Shown piece after piece: positions 59,115 through 64,000 of a stretch of 64,000 nt of DNA. The notes below the pieces were generated by a model, which worked only from the letters and a program-made list of their open reading frames with translations, was not told the origin of the DNA and made no database searches. The stretch lies in the NCBI RefSeq assembly GCF_058153355.1, contig NZ_CM177019.1; one strand, 5' to 3'. Position 1 is the stretch's first letter, and each line of letters opens with the position of its first letter. Position numbers and translations under genes: made by a program.

Positions 59115-61712
59115 TTAAACCGCAGTCTGGAAAATCACCCCATCCGCTTTTTCGGTGTACTGAGAAAGCTGGTTGAAGTTCAGATAACGGTAAGTATCAA
59201 CGGCTGTTTTATCTACCTGCGCCACGTAGGTCTGGTACTCTTCCGGCGTCGGCAGTTTGCCAATCAGCGCCGCAACAGCAGCCAGTTCCGCAGAAGCCAG
59301 GAAGACGTTCGCGCCAGTCCCCAGACGGTTCGGGAAGTTACGGGTAGAGGTGGAAACCACCGTCGCACCGTCTGCTACACGCGCCTGGTTACCCATACAC
59401 AGGGAACAGCCAGGGATCTCGATACGCGCACCACTCTTACCGAAGACGCTATAGTAGCCTTCTTCGGTCAACTGTGCGGCGTCCATACGCGTTGGCGGAG
59501 CCACCCACAGACGGGTCGGCAGCTGACCTTTATGCGCATCCAGCAGTTTACCGGCGGCACGGAAGTGACCGATGTTGGTCATGCAAGAACCGATAAACAC
59601 TTCGTCGATCTTCTCGCCCTGTACCGCAGACAACGGACGTGCGTCGTCCGGGTCGTTCGGTGCACAGAGGATTGGCTCTTTGATATCAGCCAGATCGATG
59701 TCGATTACTGCTGCGTATTCTGCATCAGCATCGGCTTCCAGCAGCTCAGGATTCGCCAACCATTTTTCCATACCCTGAATACGACGTTCCAGGGTACGAC
59801 GATCGCCATAACCTTCCGCAATCATCCACTTCAGCAGGACGATGTTAGAGTTCAGGTATTCAATGATCGGCTCTTTGTTCAGCTTGATGGTACAACCGGC
59901 AGCAGAACGCTCGGCGGACGCATCGGTCAGCTCAAAGGCCTGCTCAACTTTCAGATCCGGCAGACCTTCAATTTCCAGAATGCGACCAGAGAAGATGTTT
60001 TTCTTGCCTTTCTTCTCAACGGTCAGCAGACCTTGTTTGATCGCATACAGCGGAATGGCGTGTACCAGATCGCGCAGGGTGATGCCCGGCTGCATTTTGC
60101 CTTTGAAGCGAACCAGAACGGATTCCGGCATATCCAGCGGCATTACGCCTGTTGCAGCTGCAAATGCCACCAGACCAGAGCCCGCCGGGAAAGAGATACC
60201 GATCGGGAAACGGGTATGGGAGTCACCGCCAGTACCGACGGTATCCGGCAGCAGCATACGGTTCAGCCAGGAGTGGATTACGCCATCACCCGGACGCAGC
60301 GACACACCGCCACGGTTCATGATGAAGTCCGGCAGCGTGTGGTGCGTGTTCACGTCAACTGGTTTCGGATACGCCGCGGTGTGGCAGAAAGACTGCATCA
60401 CCAGATCAGCCGAGAAGCCCAGGCACGCCAGGTCTTTCAGTTCATCACGGGTCATCGGGCCGGTGGTGTCCTGAGAACCGACAGAGGTCATTTTCGGTTC
60501 GCAGTACGCACCCGGACGAATGCCTTTCACGCCGCAGGCACGACCGACCATTTTCTGCGCCAGCGAGAAGCCGCGATCGCTCTCAGCGACATCTTTCGCC
60601 TGACGGAACACATCGCTCTGCGGCAGGCCGAGTGCTTCACGCGCTTTTGTGGTCAGGCCACGCCCGATAATCAGCGGAATACGACCGCCAGCACGCACTT
60701 CATCAATCAGCACGTCGGTTTTCAGTTCGAAGGTTGCCAGCAGTTCGCCGGTTTCGTGGTTACGCACTTCACCTTTGTACGGGTAAACGTCAATCACGTC
60801 GCCCATGTTCAGGTTAGAGACGTCGACTTCGATTGGCAATGCACCCGCGTCTTCCATCGTGTTAAAGAAGATTGGTGCAATTTTACCACCGAGGCACAAA
60901 CCACCGCCGCGTTTGTTCGGTACATGAGGAATATCTTCACCCATAAACCACAGCACGGAGTTAGTCGCAGATTTACGCGAGGAACCGGTACCCACAACGT
61001 CACCCACATAGGCCAGCGGGAAACCTTTCTGTTGCAGAGCTTCGATTTGCTTGATCGGACCAACAACACCCGGCTGGTCTGGCTCAATACCTTCACGCGC
61101 GTTTTTCAGCATCGCCAACGCGTGCAGTGGGATATCCGGGCGTGACCACGCATCCGGTGCCGGAGAAAGGTCATCGGTGTTGGTTTCGCCAGTTACTTTG
61201 AAGACGGTAACGGTCAGTTTTTCAGCCAGCGCCGGGCGATTCAGGAACCATTCGGCATCTGCCCAGGACTGCATTACCTGCTTCGCATATTCGTTGCCTG
61301 CTTTGGCTTTCTCTTCTACGTCATAGAAGTTATCGAACATCAACAGCGTGTGGGACAGTGCTTTGGCAGCAATCGGTGCCAGTTTGGCATCGTCCAGCGC
61401 GTCGATCAGCGGATGAATGTTGTAACCACCCTGCATAGTGCCCAGCAGTTCGATAGCTTTTTCCGGAGTCAGCAGCGGGGATTTAGCTTCGCCTTTGGCG
61501 ACAGCAGCCAGGAAGCCTGCTTTTACATAGGCGGCTTCATCGACGCCAGGGGGAACACGGTTGGTTAACAGATCTAACAGGAATTCTTCTTCGCCCGCGG
61601 GCGGGTTTTTCAGCAGCTCTACAAGTGCGGCCATTTGGTTTGCATCCAGGGGTTTGGGCGCAATCCCCTCAGCGGCACGCTCAGCTACGTGCTTACGGTA
61701 TTCTTCTAGCAC
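59115..61712 (-). CDS. acnB: aconitate hydratase B / 2-methylisocitrate dehydratase
   Basis: ORF track frame 59115..61865; native start is GTG (complement of 61710-61712) giving 865 aa [46 protein letters not shown]..., ends VIFQTAV. Confidence 0.96.
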   Translation of the reverse strand: MLEEYRKHVAERAAEGIAPKPLDANQMAALVELLKNPPAGEEEFLLDLLTNRVPPGVDEAAYVKAGFLAAVAKGEAKSPLLTPEKAIELLGTMQGGYNIHPLIDALDDAKLAPIAAKALSHTLLMFDNFYDVEEKAKAGNEYAKQVMQSWADAEWFLNRPALAEKLTVTVFKVTGETNTDDLSPAPDAWSRPDIPLHALAMLKNAREGIEPDQPGVVGPIKQIEALQQKGFPLAYVGDVVGTGSSRKSATNSVLWFMGEDIPHVPNKRGGGLCLGGKIAPIFFNTMEDAGALPIEVDVSNLNMGDVIDVYPYKGEVRNHETGELLATFELKTDVLIDEVRAGGRIPLIIGRGLTTKAREALGLPQSDVFRQAKDVAESDRGFSLAQKMVGRACGVKGIRPGAYCEPKMTSVGSQDTTGPMTRDELKDLACLGFSADLVMQSFCHTAAYPKPVDVNTHHTLPDFIMNRGGVSLRPGDGVIHSWLNRMLLPDTVGTGGDSHTRFPIGISFPAGSGLVAFAAATGVMPLDMPESVLVRFKGKMQPGITLRDLVHAIPLYAIKQGLLTVEKKGKKNIFSGRILEIEGLPDLKVEQAFELTDASAERSAAGCTIKLNKEPIIEYLNSNIVLLKWMIAEGYGDRRTLERRIQGMEKWLANPELLEADADAEYAAVIDIDLADIKEPILCAPNDPDDARPLSAVQGEKIDEVFIGSCMTNIGHFRAAGKLLDAHKGQLPTRLWVAPPTRMDAAQLTEEGYYSVFGKSGARIEIPGCSLCMGNQARVADGATVVSTSTRNFPNRLGTGANVFLASAELAAVAALIGKLPTPEEYQTYVAQVDKTAVDTYRYLNFNQLSQYTEKADGVIFQTAV

Positions 61713-62066
61713 GACGGTTCTCCTCGCTCTCATTGTCATAGTGCGGCAGGCGATTCTCTTCACGCTCCTGTGAGACAGCAGTTTGTAGGGTAAATGCCCA
61801 GTACCGCAACGGGCAGAATAGCAGGATTTTGACGATGTGTTAATCTGTTTACAAAAAAGCAACATAAAAAAGTGGCTGAATCGTTAAGGATAGTCTAGAG
61901 ATTGTTTCCCTCCGTAAAAACCTCGTTAATTCGCATGGTGATAATCACCTTTCTCAACAAAACCCAAGATTAGTCAAAATTTAAACTACCGCCTCTTTAT
62001 ACTCGGATTCACAGCACCTGCGGGTGGCAGTTCGCCGACCATTGCGATTTCCTTGAGATCCGAATT

Positions 62067-63917
62067 ATGAAAATGACTTTGCCGTTTAAACCCCATGTGC
62101 TGGCACTAATTTGCAGTGCCGGGCTTTGTGCCGCCTCTGCCGGGCTATATATAAAAAGCCGCACACATGAAGCGCCTGTGGAACCGCAATCGACACAACT
62201 GGCTGCGCCTGACATCACCGCAGTTACGCTTCCTGCAACGGTTTCCGCACCGCCCGTAACGCCCGCCGTCGTTAAAACCGCATTCAGCACTGCGCAAATA
62301 GATCAATGGGTTGCACCTGTCGCGCTGTACCCCGACTCTCTGCTTTCACAAGTGTTAATGGCATCAACCTATCCGACAAACGTTGCGCAAGCAGTGCAAT
62401 GGTCGCACGATAATCCACTTAAACAAGGCAATGCTACTATTCAGGCGGTATCTGACCAGCCGTGGGACGCCAGCGTCAAATCGCTGGTGGCTTTTCCGCA
62501 ATTGATGGCGTTAATGGGCGAAAACCCGCAGTGGGTGCAAAATCTTGGCGACGCATTTCTGGCGCAACCACAGGACGTAATGGACTCAGTACAGCGTTTA
62601 CGACAACTGGCGCAACAAACGGGGTCGCTGAAGTCATCAACCGAACAAAAGGTCATCACGACAACGAAAAAAGTCGTACCGGCAAATCAGCCCGCTAGCG
62701 CCTCCGCAATACAATCAAATCCCATTTCTACGTCCAGCCCCGTCGTCGCAGGACCTGCACCGACCGTAATAACCATCGAACCCGCCAATCCGGATATGGT
62801 TTATATTCCCAACTACAACCCGACCGTGGTTTACGGGAACTGGGCCAATACTGCGTATCCGCCAGTTTATCTGCCGCCGCCAGCCGGAGAACCGTTTGTT
62901 GACAGCTTTGTGCGCGGATTCGGCTACAGCATGGGCGTTGCTACTACATACGCACTATTCAGCAGCATCGACTGGGATGACGACGATCATGACCATCATC
63001 ATGACGATGATGATTATCATCACCACGATGGCGGTCATCGTGACGGTAATGGCTGGCAACACAACGGCGACAACATCAATATCAACGTCAACAATTTCAA
63101 CCGTATCACCGGTGAGCATCTTACTGATAAGAATATGGCATGGCGGCACAATCCAAACTACCGTAATGGTGTGCCCTATCATGATCAGGATATGGCAAAG
63201 CGGTTTCACCAAACCGATGTCAACGGCGGCATGAGCGCCACGCAGTTACCTGCTCCAACACGCGACAGCCAGCGTCAGGCGGCAGCAAGTCAGTTTCAGC
63301 AACGAACACACGCCACACCCGTCATTACGCGAGATACCCAACGTCAGGCAGCGGCACAGCGGTTTAATGAAGCTGAACACTATGGGAGCTATGACGACTT
63401 CCGCGACTTCAGCCGTCGCCAACCACTGACCCAGCAACAAAAGGACGCCGCTCGTCAGCGTTATCAGTCGGCCTCTCCTGAGCAGCGCCAGGCAGTCCGC
63501 GAGAGAATGCAGACTAACCCGCAGAACCAGCAGAGAAGAGAAGCGGCACGTGAGCGTATTCAGTCAGCCTCGCCTGAGCAGCGCCAGGCGGTTCGCGAGA
63601 AAATGCAGACTAACCCACAGAACCAGCAGCGAAGAGAGGCAGCGCGTGAGCGTATTCAATCTGCCTCGCCTGAGCAGCGCCAGGTGTTTAGGGAAAAAGT
63701 ACAGCAGCACCCACTGAACCAACAGCAACGTGATAACGCCCGCCAGCGTATACAATCGGCATCACCTGAACAACGTCAGGTTTTTCGGGAGAAAGTTCAG
63801 GAGAGCCGCCCACAACGTCTAAACGACAGTAACCATACTGCCAGGCTGAATAACGAGCAACGGTCAGCAGTACGCGAACGTCTCTCTGAGCACGGAGCAA
63901 GGCGACTGGAAAGGTAA
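62067..63917 (+). CDS. yacH: DUF3300 family protein YacH with C-terminal 32-aa tandem repeats
   Basis: 616-aa ORF with signal peptide MKMTLPFKPHVLALICSAGLCAASA, Asp/His-rich tract and repeated ARERIQSASPEQRQAVRE units; position between acnB and lpd. Confidence 0.85.
   Translation: MKMTLPFKPHVLALICSAGLCAASAGLYIKSRTHEAPVEPQSTQLAAPDITAVTLPATVSAPPVTPAVVKTAFSTAQIDQWVAPVALYPDSLLSQVLMASTYPTNVAQAVQWSHDNPLKQGNATIQAVSDQPWDASVKSLVAFPQLMALMGENPQWVQNLGDAFLAQPQDVMDSVQRLRQLAQQTGSLKSSTEQKVITTTKKVVPANQPASASAIQSNPISTSSPVVAGPAPTVITIEPANPDMVYIPNYNPTVVYGNWANTAYPPVYLPPPAGEPFVDSFVRGFGYSMGVATTYALFSSIDWDDDDHDHHHDDDDYHHHDGGHRDGNGWQHNGDNININVNNFNRITGEHLTDKNMAWRHNPNYRNGVPYHDQDMAKRFHQTDVNGGMSATQLPAPTRDSQRQAAASQFQQRTHATPVITRDTQRQAAAQRFNEAEHYGSYDDFRDFSRRQPLTQQQKDAARQRYQSASPEQRQAVRERMQTNPQNQQRREAARERIQSASPEQRQAVREKMQTNPQNQQRREAARERIQSASPEQRQVFREKVQQHPLNQQQRDNARQRIQSASPEQRQVFREKVQESRPQRLNDSNHTARLNNEQRSAVRERLSEHGARRLER
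63450..63815 (+). repeat. 96-bp in-frame tandem repeat (about 3.8 copies) within yacH
   Basis: Units starting 63450, 63546, 63642, 63738; each encodes ~32 aa AR(Q/E)R(Y/I)QSASPEQRQ(AV/VF)RE(R/K)(M/V)Q... Confidence 0.85.
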
Positions 63918-63929
63918 ATTACAGACGTA

Positions 63930-63958
63930 AAAAAAGCGGCGTGGTTAGCCGCTTTTTT
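63930..63958. terminator. bidirectional intrinsic terminator between yacH and lpd
   Basis: aaaaaagcggc-gtggtta-gccgctttttt: hairpin flanked by A-run and T-run, 13 nt after yacH stop. Confidence 0.75.
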
Positions 63959-63987
63959 AATTACCGGATGTCCCGGCACTCGAAGAA

Positions 63988-64000
63988 TTACTTCTTCTTC
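63988..64000 (-). CDS. lpd: dihydrolipoyl dehydrogenase, last 3 codons + stop only (gene continues beyond window)
   Basis: Complement of ttacttcttcttc reads ...K K K stop, matching the Lpd C-terminus as I recall it, plus expected synteny; only 13 nt, so weak. Confidence 0.3.

Noticed and set aside
59091-61145. 684-codon stop-free ORF on the plus strand
   Set aside because: Lies entirely antisense to acnB, whose identity is unambiguous. Long shadow ORFs are expected opposite GC-rich, codon-biased genes, and the translation is low-complexity (R/T/H-rich) with no recognisable domain.

Overview
This window is ordinary Escherichia coli core chromosome, reverse-complemented relative to the K-12 map (dxr-frr-pyrH-tsf-rpsB at the left edge through acnB-yacH-lpd at the right). 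I found no undescribed biological system: no phage, IS element, integrase, CRISPR array or defense island. I call 56 protein-coding genes, nearly all recognised from their translated sequence and conserved order; start codons were trimmed from the six-frame track where the native N-terminus is recognisable. The only non-housekeeping block is the cryptic chaperone-usher fimbrial operon (yadN-yadV-htrE-yadMLK-yadC) behind a 505-bp AT-rich region. The strain is not K-12; all K-12 comparisons are from memory and need alignment to confirm. The observations most worth a second look are: (1) hrpB appears to carry an in-frame 45-codon deletion; (2) yaeI is absent between dapD and yaeH; (3) an ERIC repeat sits in the panC-rpnC spacer, with a degenerate inverted copy in the rpsB-tsf spacer; (4) rpnC contains six in-frame 12-bp tandem repeats; (5) yacH contains 96-bp tandem coding repeats and a His/Asp-rich tract; (6) the folK 3' end and the yad operon are divergent alleles. 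Several sequence-visible regulatory sites (degP sigma-E promoter, cueO MerR-type promoter, fhuA Fur box, rpsB-tsf attenuator) are also annotated.
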